Source: Eledone cirrhosa
Lineage: Eukaryota
Reading direction: 5' to 3'
Length of the DNA: 64,000 nucleotides
Assembly: GCA_964016885.1 (NCBI GenBank)
Contig: OZ024740.1
Span: 311,922,001 to 311,986,000, forward strand
Each line of letters begins with the position of its first letter. Positions within the stretch are counted from its first letter, which is position 1. Shown here one piece after another: positions 52,016 through 64,000 of this stretch. The position numbers and the translations under genes are program-made. A model generated the notes under the pieces. It worked only from the letters and a program-made list of their open reading frames with translations, made no database searches and was not told where the DNA came from.

Positions 52016-53579
52016 AAACAGCACGACGTGCTGTGACCAGCAGCGCCGATTGGCACCCGACAGACTGGTCGGTCAAGGTGATATATATATATATATACAT
52101 GCATATATGTATGTATATATATATTTAACATCCACTTTCCTTGCTACCAAGGGATGGACGGGTCTTCACAGACCAAGTCAGTATGAAGCAGGACTACTGA
52201 CCTCCAGGGATTTGTATCTCACTTACATACAGTTTCACATTCTACCAAGTGCATTTCATCATGGCATCAGCATTAGACAGGTTATCATGTCTTTAACACA
52301 ACTTAAGGGTCCTCTCAATCCTTTGTTAGGCAAGCTTTCTACAGCTAGATGGTTTTTCTCTCACTAACCAATATACAGTGTGTTTATCATGTACATCACC
52401 AACACTAGAGAGGTTGTCATGTCCTCATGTCCTTCACAAAACTGAAGGATCCTTCTAACCCTTTGTTTGGTAAGCTTTCTGCATTCTGCCATAGTATAGA
52501 GTGTTGATTTTGGTACCTTCTTCAGTTAACCACAAATCTACCAAACCTCCAATTGTATATAATGTGTATATATATATATATATGTGTATATATATATATG
52601 TGTGTGTATATATATATCATACAAGCATCATACAATCTACCTTTCATTTTTAGAGAAAAACCCTTTGTGGCCAACAGCGGTGGTAGCTCTTAGAACTTTT
52701 CCATCCCGTTCTAACTCTGGGCACTGTATTATGTATATATATAATAAGCAATTCAACAATAGGAGAAAGGAACTGCATGCATCACAGGTAATATTACAAA
52801 ATTGGCAGCAGATACAATTAAAACCGGACATAGGCACTAAAACAGACGAATAAGGAATGAACTGGTATATAGACTATACAAAAATGATAACATGACCAAG
52901 ATAACAACTCCTTGGTTGTTGGCTGTCAAAATGGTTGCACAGCTTCATTTCCTACCAAGATGAAAATACAGAACAAGCTGACATGAACAATAAAGTAAAC
53001 AAAACTCACATGAAATTTCATGGTGAAGACAAAATAAATAGATAAATAAATGGACAGATGTGGACTCCATAAGACATAGTGAAGGCAACCTGTCTAGGAG
53101 AGCTATGATTCTATTTTTAACGACAGAATGGGGCAGACATAGGGCTCTGTAAGCCACAGTGAAGGCAACCCATCTAGGAAAGTAGATACTCCAAATAAAA
53201 ATTGATACAGAATAGAGAGGACTCTTGAGTCCAGTAAGACAACACCTCTAGTGCTGGTGACACGAATAGTGCATCCAGGCCATGCTGTAAAGTGGTTGGT
53301 GGATTTGTATCTCACTTACACACTGTTCGACATTCTGCTAAGTACATTTTATCGTGGCTCCAGCACTAGAGAAAAACCCTACCAAAAATATGACATGTAC
53401 CTCAAGTATGATTCTCAGTAATTGCATGCACAGGGCTAACACTAGTCATGTTAGTGCTGTGCACGGTAGTGGAGTGGCTAGAGTAGCCATGTGTAGGGAC
53501 CCCTCAACTGTCATCAAGCAACACAGTCTTTTTCCTTTCAGGTACATAGAACCTCTACCCAACTAAGTAACAACTGTCA

Positions 53580-55185
53580 AGGTACAAATCTCAGGACTGC
53601 CACCATCAATGTTCACACCCTGAATCAGGTGAAATTGTGAAACTGTTAGAGTTGTATGCTGTGTACAAAAAGTAAGATGAAGGGGTGCCTCAGCAAGACT
53701 AATCACAGGCAAACAACTCTAGATATAAACTCTACTGGGTTGGAAATTATGTGTAGGAATCTTATTAGCTGAAAAATGGATAGATAAGGTGATAGAGGTA
53801 GTTAGAGTAAGTGACAGAATCATCAAGCTTAGAATAGCTGTAGGAAATAGAATGGTGACAATTACATCTACCTATGCTCCACAGGCAGGACTAAGTAAAG
53901 ATCAAAAGGACATTCTATGAGGAACTTTTACAGAAAACTTCATGTAATGATGAAAGAGACCTCATCATTCTGGCAGGCGACTTTAATGGACATGTGGGAC
54001 AGTACCAAAACAGATTCTGTGGAGTTCACGGTGGCTATGGTTATGGCTCAAGAAACGAAGAGGGATTGAGGCTCCTGGAATTCTGTGATCTGAATGAAAT
54101 AACCATTTGCAACAAAATTTGAGGAAACCGGCCAACCACTTGATCTAATATCAATCAGGTGAACACACAAGCCACATTAATTACTTACTCATAAGACGGG
54201 ATAAGTGGACTGTAATAAACACTAAGGTCTTCCTTGGGGAAGAATGCACTGTCCAACACAAGTTAGTCATTAGCAACATTAAAATAAATACAAGACAGAA
54301 CAAGATATGCAGGAAAATAGGGAGATGGAGGGTCATCATCATCATCATCATAATCATCATCATCACCAGAGGGTGTAAAAACAACCTTTTGCAAACTACT
54401 GAGGAGACTTGTGGTTGGAGTAAAGCGCGTGACCTAATGGCGGAACAACACAATGGATAGAGCCATTAAAACCAAGAGACAGGCATGGAAAGTCTGGAAA
54501 AATGGTGGAGCAGTACCAGGTAGCTAAGAGATAAGCTAGGTGACAGGTATACACAGCTCGGAGAGAGGTTGAAAAAAGAAAGTTTGACAATGTCTTGAAA
54601 TGAGAGGATCAGAGACATGAAATGTTTTGCATTGCAAGGCAATGTGATAGTGTAAATCAAGATTTTGTTGGGGAAAATGTTAGAAATAACGATGGTGCTC
54701 TTAGCACCACTGATGCCCAAAAGAAAGAGGCCTGGAAATGTTACTATGTGAGATTAATGAATGTAGAGAATGAGTGGGAGGAAGAGAGACTACCCCTAAC
54801 TTACCCAACAGAATGACCAGCTATTGAAATTGACAGTTATAGAGATGAAGAATGGTAAAACTGCAGGACTGTCAGAGATTGTTGCTGAGATGCAAATATC
54901 ATTGGCTAGTCGCATAGTCAATCAGGTAATACAGGACGGAGTCATACTAAATGACTGGTGCAGTGGTACAATTATAAATAGCTATTAGGGCAAAGATGAT
55001 GCTATAGAAAGGAGCAACTATAGAGGAATAAAACTAATGGTTCAAGTTATGAAAGTGACAGAAAGAGTTATAGCACAGCTAATTAGGGAAAGAGTCGAAT
55101 TAGACAAGATGCAGTTTGGTTTCATGCCTAGGACAAGTACTACAGATGGCCTCTTCTTAGTGAGGCAACTACAAGAGAAGTTGCT
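53580..55185 (+). mobile_element. RTE LINE (APE + RT N-terminus), decayed
   Basis: TATINVHTL, YAPQAG, LAGDFNGHVG, GYGYGSRNEEG, NYRGIKL, QFGFMP..STTD..F.VRQLQEK. Confidence 0.85.
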
Positions 55186-55319
55186 CCTCAAGACACAGTG
55201 TGTGTTGGGTGCTTTTTGTTGTGACTCCTACACAACCACTTTACAGTATATATATATATATATATATATTACATATACCTCTTGACCAGGATTGAACCCA
55301 AGACCAGGATCTCCACCAT

Positions 55320-55805
55320 CTCTAGTACCCACTGAGACTTTCCTTATGCAATCTCAACTTCGTTGGGCTGGCCATGTCATCCACATGAATGATGACAGAA
55401 TTCCAAAAGTCCTCATGAATGGTCAGCTCAGCAGCGGCAACAGGAAGGTTGGTAGCCCATGGCTACGATATAAGGATAAGTTAAAATCAAATCTCACTGC
55501 TCTTGCAATCCCTTTCCGTGATTGTGAACAAATTGTTGCTGACAGAAAGGACTGGAGAGAAAGGCGCCATAGTGCAGTCAGGAGCTTTGAATCCAGTCGC
55601 ATAGAGAAATTGCGTGTTGACCGAACAGGGACAAAACAAGGGGCCTTGATACCTGCAAGACTCTCCATAAATTCTTGCTCTAGCGACCTATATGGCTTGA
55701 TCTGTGGGTCACTGGCGGGATTGAAATGTCACATGAGACACCACCATCCAAAGAGCTGAACTTTTGTTGGACACTCATACGTCGGATATTGTCGAGAGAG
55801 TCCAT
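55320..55805 (+). mobile_element. RTE/BovB-like LINE 3' fragment
   Basis: QLRWAGHVIHM.DDRIPK....QL..G.R..G....RYKD.LK; terminal C..GL..H..H finger remnant. Confidence 0.8.
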
Positions 55806-56659
55806 CATCCTCATCATCAACGTTTAACGTCCGTGTTCCACGCTTGCATGGGTTTGGACGGGGGTTTTCCCACTTGAGGCAAGAGTGATTATCTTGCTCG
55901 CATAGGACTATCTGGCAGGTTTTCTACAGCTGGATGCCCTTCCTAACACCAACCACATTTACAGTGTGGGGCTGGGAGGTTTTTACCGTGTTGCCTACAC
56001 AGCCACATTACAGTGTGGACTGTCTCATTATATATATATATATATATATATATTATTTCATTGGTTTTAGTCATTAGACTGTGACCATGCTGGAGCACCA
56101 CCTATAAGGAATTTAGTCGATCATATCAACCCCATACTAATTTTTCATGCTTGGTACTTATTTTATGAAACTTTATTTGTCAAACTGGTAAGTTACAGGA
56201 CATATACAAACAAAGATAAGCATAAACACAGACAGTTATACATATGAACATCTACACACAGACACACATGTATAGTGCAAGGTCTACAATGATAAACAGT
56301 AAAAACAAACATGGAGATCAATTACAAAAGCTCTTATTATTGTATGAAATGGAAAAAGAAGAGTCATTAACGTATCAGATATTAGTCTTTCATCAGGAAA
56401 GAAACAAGAGTGGAAGAGAAAAGGTGAAAAATGGAGGGTAATCAGAAGGGATGAAATGGAGGGGAATGTAAGGATGTATGCTTTCTTGAGGGTGTGTATG
56501 TAGTAGTGGTTGAAAACTGTCCAGATCTCACAGTAGTACTGGTTTGTTAGTGTGGCTGAGGTGCATTGTGTGTGTCCCTTTATTCAAGTTGTACAGGTGT
56601 CTGTACATTTGTGTGTGATCACAGATATATATCACAGTGAGTGATATATATATATAATT

Positions 56660-56840
56660 GTTTTTACTTTAGGCACAAGGCCAGCAATTACCCAGTACAT
56701 TACTGGTACTTTATTTTATCGACCCCGTAAGGATGAAAGGCAAAGTCAACCTCGGCGGGATTTGAACTCAGACTGTAAAGGGACGTAACTATGCTAGAAC
56801 ACATGGCGTCCAACCCTCTACCGATACTGCCAATTCACCA
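56660..56840 (-). mobile_element. SINE family 1
   Basis: Near match to 12470-12652. Confidence 0.85.
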
Positions 56841-57949
56841 ATATAATGAAGGGCTTCTGCATAGTTTCTATCTACCAAATATCACTCACAAGGCTTTGGT
56901 CAACCTTCCTATGAGTGCTCCAGTTGATTCAATCAACGGAATTGCCTACTTGTGAAATTAATGTATATAAGGCTGAGTATTCCACAGAAACACTTAATGT
57001 AGTTCTCATGCAGATTCAGTGTGACACAATGTGTGACAAGGCTGACCCTTTGAATTACACTTACCCAAAATGTCATAACTGAACCTGAAACCATGTGGTT
57101 GTAAAACAAATATCTTAACCACATGTCTATATGGGTGTGTGTGTGTATGTATGTGTATATACCTAATGGTTTTAAGATATTTGCCTTATTTACTTAACAT
57201 CAGAAGCTGATATAATATACCTACTATTTATTTGTATTTCTTTATCTTGTAACCCAGCTCTTTAGTCCTATATATTTATACAATTCTTTGGACTTTTTGG
57301 TAGTTTATAGATAATATAATGTATGTGTGATCTGTACAATTGAGTCCCAATAATTACACTTTGAAACTAAGTTTTTATCATTAGTGACCTCTCAAAATGT
57401 ATCTGATTTGGAATTGATTCTCAGTGTCTATTTAATGTGTGTGTGTTAATAATAGTTACATTCCAAACACTAACTTAACATACTTCCTCCCTTTTGGTCA
57501 TATCTGACAATGGATTGGTATTTGCACGTGGAGAGTTATTCTCAAAAACACAAGCTTGAGCAAGGTGTTTTTGTGGAAGATGAGCAGTTGCCCATGCATG
57601 TCAGCCTCCCCTCTCCATGCCACCAATGTTGTCCAAGGGAAAGGCAAAGTTCAATAAAGCTTGAGACCAGTGTCCTTGCAACTCTTTTTTCCCAGCTGAG
57701 TAGACTGGAGCAACATGACATAAATGCAGGAATAGAATTAATGACTTTATGATGATGAGCCAAACACTCTAGCCACTAAGCCTCTGAGATTAGCTTGTTT
57801 ACTAAACCCTCCAAATTTTATATTATTTTAAAAATTAATGGAAAATCATACAGTGTATTTCATTAGAGATATGGTAATAACGGGGTTAAGTTTACCATCC
57901 ATTAGAAAAAATTAAAATGTTAAGACTATATTTTTACAAATGTAAACTA

Positions 57950-58245
57950 TGAGTGCTCCAGTTGATTTAATCAATGGAACTGTCTACTTGTGAAATTAAT
58001 GTATATGAGGCTGAGTATTATGCAGACACGTGTGCACTTAAAGTAGTTCTCATGCAGATTCAGTGTGACACAATGTATGACAAGGCTGACCCTTTGAATT
58101 ACAAGTACAACTCATTTTTGCCAGCTGAATGAGAGCAACCTGAAATAAAATGCCTTACCCAAGAACACAACATGCTACCCTTTCTGGGAATTGAACTCAC
58201 AATTTTATGATCATGGGCCAAATACATAACCACTAAGCTACACAC
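57950..58245 (-). mobile_element. SINE family 3 (related pieces at ~56910-57125, 59990-60095, 61710-61872, 62970-63130)
   Basis: tRNA-like head (gagttcaattcc), tgtgttcttgggtaaggcattt core, tail gtgacacaatgtgtgacaaggctg. Confidence 0.7.
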
Positions 58246-58504
58246 TGGGAAGAAATATTTGACTCAATATCATAGGCATAGGATGAAAAAGTTGGTCCTC
58301 CAGGCCAACAAAATGTGCATTCCTGGTAAGGTTCTGTTGTAGCAACTGGCCTTAATAATTATAAATATATATATGGTATGGTCCCATAACTCCTGAGTCG
58401 TAGAAGCACTTTATTGACATACAGCATTTCTTGGGCATTTTAATCCTGGCAGAGCCCATCCCTTTCCCGGCCTGAGTACAGCAGATTTCTTTCAGAAAGG
58501 AAGA

Positions 58505-58665
58505 ATCGACCCCCAGTGCTAGACTGGTATTTTTTTTATCAACCTCGAAAGGATGAGAGGCAAAGTTGACCTCAGCAGGATTTGAACTCAGATAGCAGAG
58601 AGCCAGAATCAACACCATAAAGCATTCAATCCAACGTTCTAATGACTCTGCCAATTCGCCACCCT
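58505..58665 (-). mobile_element. SINE family 1
   Basis: ggatgagaggcaaagttgacctc..ggatttgaactc. Confidence 0.8.
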
Positions 58666-59372
58666 TATATATATATATAAAGGTTAAACAATGAAAAAAT
58701 AATGAAGACGAAGTCAAGTATAATTTAATCCATTTTTTTTACAATCATTTCCAAGGGCTAAATGTTAATGTGCAAACTTATAGAGAAAGGAGGATAGAAA
58801 GAGGAGAGAAAAGGATAAAGGAGAAATAGCGTAAGAGAAAAATAAAAATAAAGGGAAAATAATGATATCAACAATAAATGAATAAATGTTAATACATGAA
58901 TAAATGTAAATAAATAAATAAATAAACAAATTACATCAAGGATGATACAAAATATGAAATATGAAAATAAATAAGTAAAAATGTGCGAAGAAATTTAAAC
59001 ATATTAAGATTATTGAAAGTGGTTAAAATATAGAAAGATACGAAGGTATAAATATGATAATGTTAAATATATTTATGTGTGTATTGGTTATTTTAATAAA
59101 TTAATTATATATTTAATTAATTATTTGATTAATTAGTTGTATGTTATATTAGAAGTGAAAATGATATGATAAGATAAGATTAAATAAATTTAGGGAGAGA
59201 AATAGAGAGATAGAAAATGAAAGATAGAGATACATAAAATATGAATGTAGATATAAGAGGTTTTGATGTTGGTTCATTGATAGATGATGACAATTATAAC
59301 AATAATGATGATGATGTGATATTATAATAGATCTAAGTGGTACAATTTGCGTTATGGAATAGATAAGATGAA

Positions 59373-59955
59373 TTAAGCTGGTCTAAAGTTCTCAAATTTG
59401 GTCGCCGTTTTATGCCTACAGAAAATAGTTCTTTGAATTTTACTGTTAAGTAGAATTTTGTTGTAATTTAAAATTTGGAAAAGTTCCATATTCCAAAGAC
59501 CACAGTGGGACATGCCAATTCGATAGGCCATTGCTGTTGATAGCTTCGTCCAACTGATTTTATAGTCCATGTTTGCATCTCTGAGTTGCCAGATTTTATT
59601 GGCGAGAGTTGTATTTATGAGCTTCCTGTTATTCATAGAGTGTCTATGGACATACCACCTTTTCTTAAACTCCCCAGCTGTAGATCCTATGTAGTGCCAT
59701 GCTAAGCTGCCTGAATTTATAGTACATAGGTACACTATATTTGACTCCAGGCATCTATTTTGTAATGGGCATTTGTCAGGTAGGTGACAGTTACATTTAG
59801 ATGCCTTCCTATGTGCCGGTTCTTCTATATGGTTTTGTAAATTGTTATGTACGGACTGAGAATTGGGTTTGTTGATGTATTGTGGTGATGTGTTCTGACG
59901 TGTGTTTCGTTGTGATGATGTTATATGCTTGTGTTTTGTATTTGGTGTTATGGTA
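59373..59955 (-). mobile_element. PLE GIY-YIG fragment (Naiad-like)
   Basis: KCNCHLPDKCPLQNRC..IVYLC..YIGSTAGEFKKRWYVH...CRH. Confidence 0.85.
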
Positions 59956-60409
59956 CTTATTTGCGGGCTACTTGTATTATAAATCCTTGCAATCGAAAGG
60001 TTGTGAGTTCAATTCTCAGACCGGGTGATGTGTTGTGTCCTTGAGCAAGACACTTTATTTCACATTGCTCCAGTTTACTCAGCTGTAGAAATGAGATGAT
60101 AGGACTAAGGGTCCCTATCATTTCACTGCAAAGTGGTCGTGGAGGTGCCACGGCAAAAAGCACCCAGCCCACACTGTAAAGTGGACGTGTAGGCGCCACA
60201 GAAAAAAAGCACCCAGCACTCACTGTAAATGAGGTTGGTGTTAGGAAGGGCATCCAGCTGTAAAAATCAAGCCAGAATCAGTTCCCGTCCCACCCTTGCA
60301 AGCAGGGAAAAGCGGACATAAAATGATGATGATAATTTGACTGTAATGTAATATTTGATTGATAATTTAGTATAATTTTGTAATTGTTTTTTATCTGATA
60401 TTTATCCAG

Positions 60410-60514
60410 GGTGTGAAATATGTATTTGGCATTGTTGGAGTCCCTGTTGTTGAAGTTGCGATGGCCATGCAAGCATCTGGGATCAAATTTGTGGCTATGA
60501 GAAATGAGCAAGCT
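60410..60514 (+). CDS. HACL1: HACL1 coding exon 2 ([35 protein letters not shown])
   Basis: ccAG...GTAAGT, 105 nt; FGIVGxP and MRNEQA motifs of the TPP-dependent lyase. Confidence 0.95.
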
Positions 60515-63500
60515 GTAAGTATGATTCAAATATTTTCTCAACTCTAGTTATAGCGTTAAACATTTAACATCTATCAATATAAAGACATGGGCTTGGGTGG
60601 AATAGGGGATTTTCAGAGCCATTTTAGTTTAGTGATTCTCATTTGGTACAAGTTTCTTTAACTCTTAACATCCTGTAATGATATATCAGGATCGACTGAA
60701 AAGTTCAATAGGCTGACCAAGATACTCTCATGGAATGACCAAATGAGGTTTATTTTTCAAAATAGTTTCTTGAAAGAAACAATATTGTTAATAATAAAAA
60801 TAGTTGAAATTAATGTAAGCAAGATTTCACAGCTCTAGCATCACTCCTTCATAGTCAGCCTATGAACTTTTCAGCCGACCCTCATAAAAAATATCTAAAT
60901 AACAGAGTTTTTAATTCAAATTTTCAAAGTATCTTTACTAGTGGACAGACTGTTGTTAAAATGTGCAGTATTATAGTAAAGACTTTAATATTTAATGTGA
61001 TTCAGACACAATGCTGTTTTATACTTTTCAAGAATGTCTTGCTAATGCAGTTTCATGCAGTACAAGATGTTATGGGTTAAACTGTATTAGAGGTAACCTG
61101 TCTCAAAAATAATGGGCAAATGTAAATTAGTGCTTCATAGATGAGATAATACAAAAACAAGTCATATGGTATTGCAGACTGATCCAAACTATGCTATCAA
61201 GGAATATATTGGTGTTAAAAGAAAGATTATGACAATGGTCATGATGAGTGATGTTATTAAAGAAACACCATTTATGCTCTTCTATTGACCTGAATTACAG
61301 AGATTCAATCCTTACACCAGCTGCGTTGTAGCGATCTGTCCCTCTTTACACATATTACTAAATTACTCTGCTTCCTTCGTTCTGCTCATCTTAAAATAGA
61401 AGCTTATCAACACTTCATGGTTGAGAGTAGTAAAAAAAAAACAGAAATAAAATAAAAACCTACTTATTCTCACAAGCTATATTGAAATATCCAAATTTGT
61501 AAACAAATACCATACCAGTTGTGTTAACAGAAAAGGGCAGTAAAAACAGTAGTGAAATATAGTTTGGTTATTCTAGTTTGTCTTGAATGTTATTTTAAAT
61601 TTCAGTTTAGAATTTAAACATTCAGCTATGTTATTGACAATATCATGCCTCACCTTCCTCACTAGGTTGGTTTTCATTGTTACCATCACGTTAATAGAAG
61701 TCATCATGAAGGAGCATGGCTTAATGGTTAGGGTGTTTGGTTCACAATCATATGGTTGTTAGTTTGATCCCTGACAGTGCATTGAGTCCTTGAACAAGAC
61801 ACTTTATTTCACATTGCAAAAATGATTTGCACCTGTAATTCAAAGATCCAAACTTGTTACACAATGTGTCACAGATTCTCTCACCTCTTTCTGTTCAAAC
61901 CGGCCATAACTGGCTGCTCATACCGACGTTAAGGTATTGTTCTCAAAATAAATACTATCAAAATCTTGTAGATTCAATATTGTGTGAGATAATTATGTGA
62001 GATTAACCTTTTCTGTGAAAATACAATAGTAAGTATGGAGTAATGTGAATGCTAAAGGGTTAAAGGTGTATGCATTTGTGGAATGCTCAGACACTTGCAC
62101 GTTGATTCCATGAACATGCTGTTTCAATGTTCAAACAACTGGAACACTCATCATGAGAGCCAATAGAGGTCTAGTACACACAGACACACACAAGTAATTA
62201 AAGCATCAATCATTGATATGCCTTAGATAATATTAAATTTTATATTTATTCGCTCACATCGAATGATAAAAATGAAACATGGACTTCACGAAAGAGACCA
62301 TATCACAGACTACACATCAGTCTTTATGTTTAAGCATTAACTTTAAATATTTATATTGAGTTATTTTGATGTTATTTTGATCAACCCTATACTACCTTCC
62401 TCACTCTTTCTCTCTATCTCTCCTCTAGTTCTTCTACAATTCTGGGGGTGTCTGTGCATTCATGTGTGCTCATATGTCTGTGTGTTCCTATTTTAGATTG
62501 TGTCTGTTCAATACAACATATATGTATATAAGCCAGACAAAATGTTGACTTCACTAAGTTCATGACAATTGATAGTATAACATGCAATTCATGTGCAAAG
62601 GTTTGCAAATCTATTGATGGATTGAAAAGACAAAATGTTGTACATTACATACTGATGTTTGCAAGATCTACCAAAAGATAACCAGGAGTTTCATAGGCTT
62701 AAAGAGCCACTTTCAAAACACAATTCTCTCTAATAATCAGTCTGTAATTGTCTTCTTCAGAAATAAATAAACAACTATCATGTGTGTGTGTGTGAGTATA
62801 TTTTCATATGTGTATGTGTATGTGTGTGTGTGTGAGAGAGAGAGAGAATGCGAGAGTGAAAAAATCTTTACAATTTTTCAATGGCTTTCCATCTTGTATA
62901 CCAGCATAGTAAAGGTGTATATATCTTATAGAGTGGTCTGGCACCAAATAATTCTTGCTGTTCTTCAGGGTGATGAGTGTTCCAATTATTTCTTGAATAG
63001 AACAACCTGCTCATGAAATTAATGTGTAAATGGCAGAGCATTCCACAAACGCGTGTACCTTTAATGTAATTCTCAGGGAGATTCAACATGACACAATGTG
63101 TGACAAGGCTGGTTCTTTAAATTACAGGTTCAATCCTTCTGATGAGCTTCCAAGCAGTCCCCATCTACCCAATTTTACTCAGAAGGATAAGTCTACCTTA
63201 GGGTATGATAAAAGACACTTGCCTGAAATGCCATGCAGTGGGACTGAACCCAGGACCCAATGGTTGTGGTCTGAACTTCTTAACCATTCGACCATGCTAC
63301 ATCTTAACAATCAATACCTTTATAGTCTATAAGAAGAGAAATTAGTTTGAACTCCTATCTTGTTTTTTTGTTGTGTGTGATGCAGTAAACACATGATAAT
63401 TGACATCCACTGAGTGTGTCTCATCATTACCAATATCATCATCATTATCTCTACCATTATATTTTTTTGCATTCATTTTTTTCATGCTTGAATAGGTTGG

Positions 63501-63622
63501 ACAACTAACTCATATCCACTATTCAGTTGATTGACACTAATAGCTGAGAGATCCACAAGATAATGTTAATTTTTTTAAAGTCCATTAATTCCATTCTAAT
63601 GGTCTACAATTTTGTCTTCCAG

Positions 63623-63663
63623 GCTTCTTATGCTGCTAGTGTAATTGGTTACCTAACAAGAAG
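63623..63663 (+). CDS. HACL1: HACL1 coding exon 3 (ASYAASVIGYLTR..)
   Basis: tcttccAG...AG|GTAAAT, 41 nt; continues EQA|ASYAAS.IGYLT. Confidence 0.93.
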
Positions 63664-63734
63664 GTAAATTATTCTTTTTTTTAGTATAGGAGTACATAGC
63701 TCTTAAGACAAATTCAAATCTTGCAACAGTCCTT

Positions 63735-63908
63735 GTAGTGTGTCTCTTGAGCAAGGAACATAAGTTTACTTGCTTCAATGTAAAAAAATAAATAGATTAG
63801 GGAACACATGAGTTTACTTACTTCAGTGTAAAAAAAATAGAGACACACAAGTTTAATGCAATGTAAAAAAATAAACAGAGCAGGGAACACATGAGTCTAC
63901 TTACTTCA
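63735..63908 (+). repeat. Short imperfect tandem repeat (gaacacatgagtttacttacttca.tgtaaaaaa) x4
   Basis: Direct inspection; follows a SINE core fragment. Confidence 0.6.
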
Positions 63909-64000
63909 GCAGACCTGCCAAACTCTAAAAATCCAAACAGGAAGTACCATGAAAAAAGTGCCCCAAAACAGGGAAAAATGAGGCAAAATGGGGAGATTTT

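Noticed and set aside
52665-52735. Hairpin ttagaac...gttctaa with GC-rich flanks, possible ribozyme
   Set aside because: Could not be fitted to hammerhead, twister or HDV consensus by eye.

Overview
AT-rich, microsatellite-laden eukaryotic DNA. The SINE families and (TA)n/(TATG)n load suggest a cephalopod (Octopus-like) genome; this is inference, not database-checked. Two host genes are recoverable from splice sites and motifs. One is the 3' end of a class B (secretin-family) GPCR (exons 1496-1537, 1827-1961, probable last exon 7364-7429). The other is the 5' end of HACL1 (exons 48261-48320, 60410-60514, 63623-63663). Most of the rest is mobile DNA: a young L1/Tx1 LINE with intact ORF2, an R4/Dong-like LINE, CRE and RTE fragments, a Gypsy LTR element, a Helitron, MITEs, SINEs and at least five Penelope-like element (PLE) ORF remnants. 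The notable hidden layer is about 20 type I hammerhead ribozyme (HHR) motifs read by eye. They include two related non-coding 520-540 nt repeat families carrying a hammerhead with a branched, extended stem II that shows compensatory changes, one copy starting at the predicted cleavage site (retrozyme-like). A cascade of fold-back structures ends in a spacer-less palindrome of about 3.1 kb, about 300 bp upstream of the HACL1 start codon. All folds were done manually; boundaries of decayed elements are approximate.
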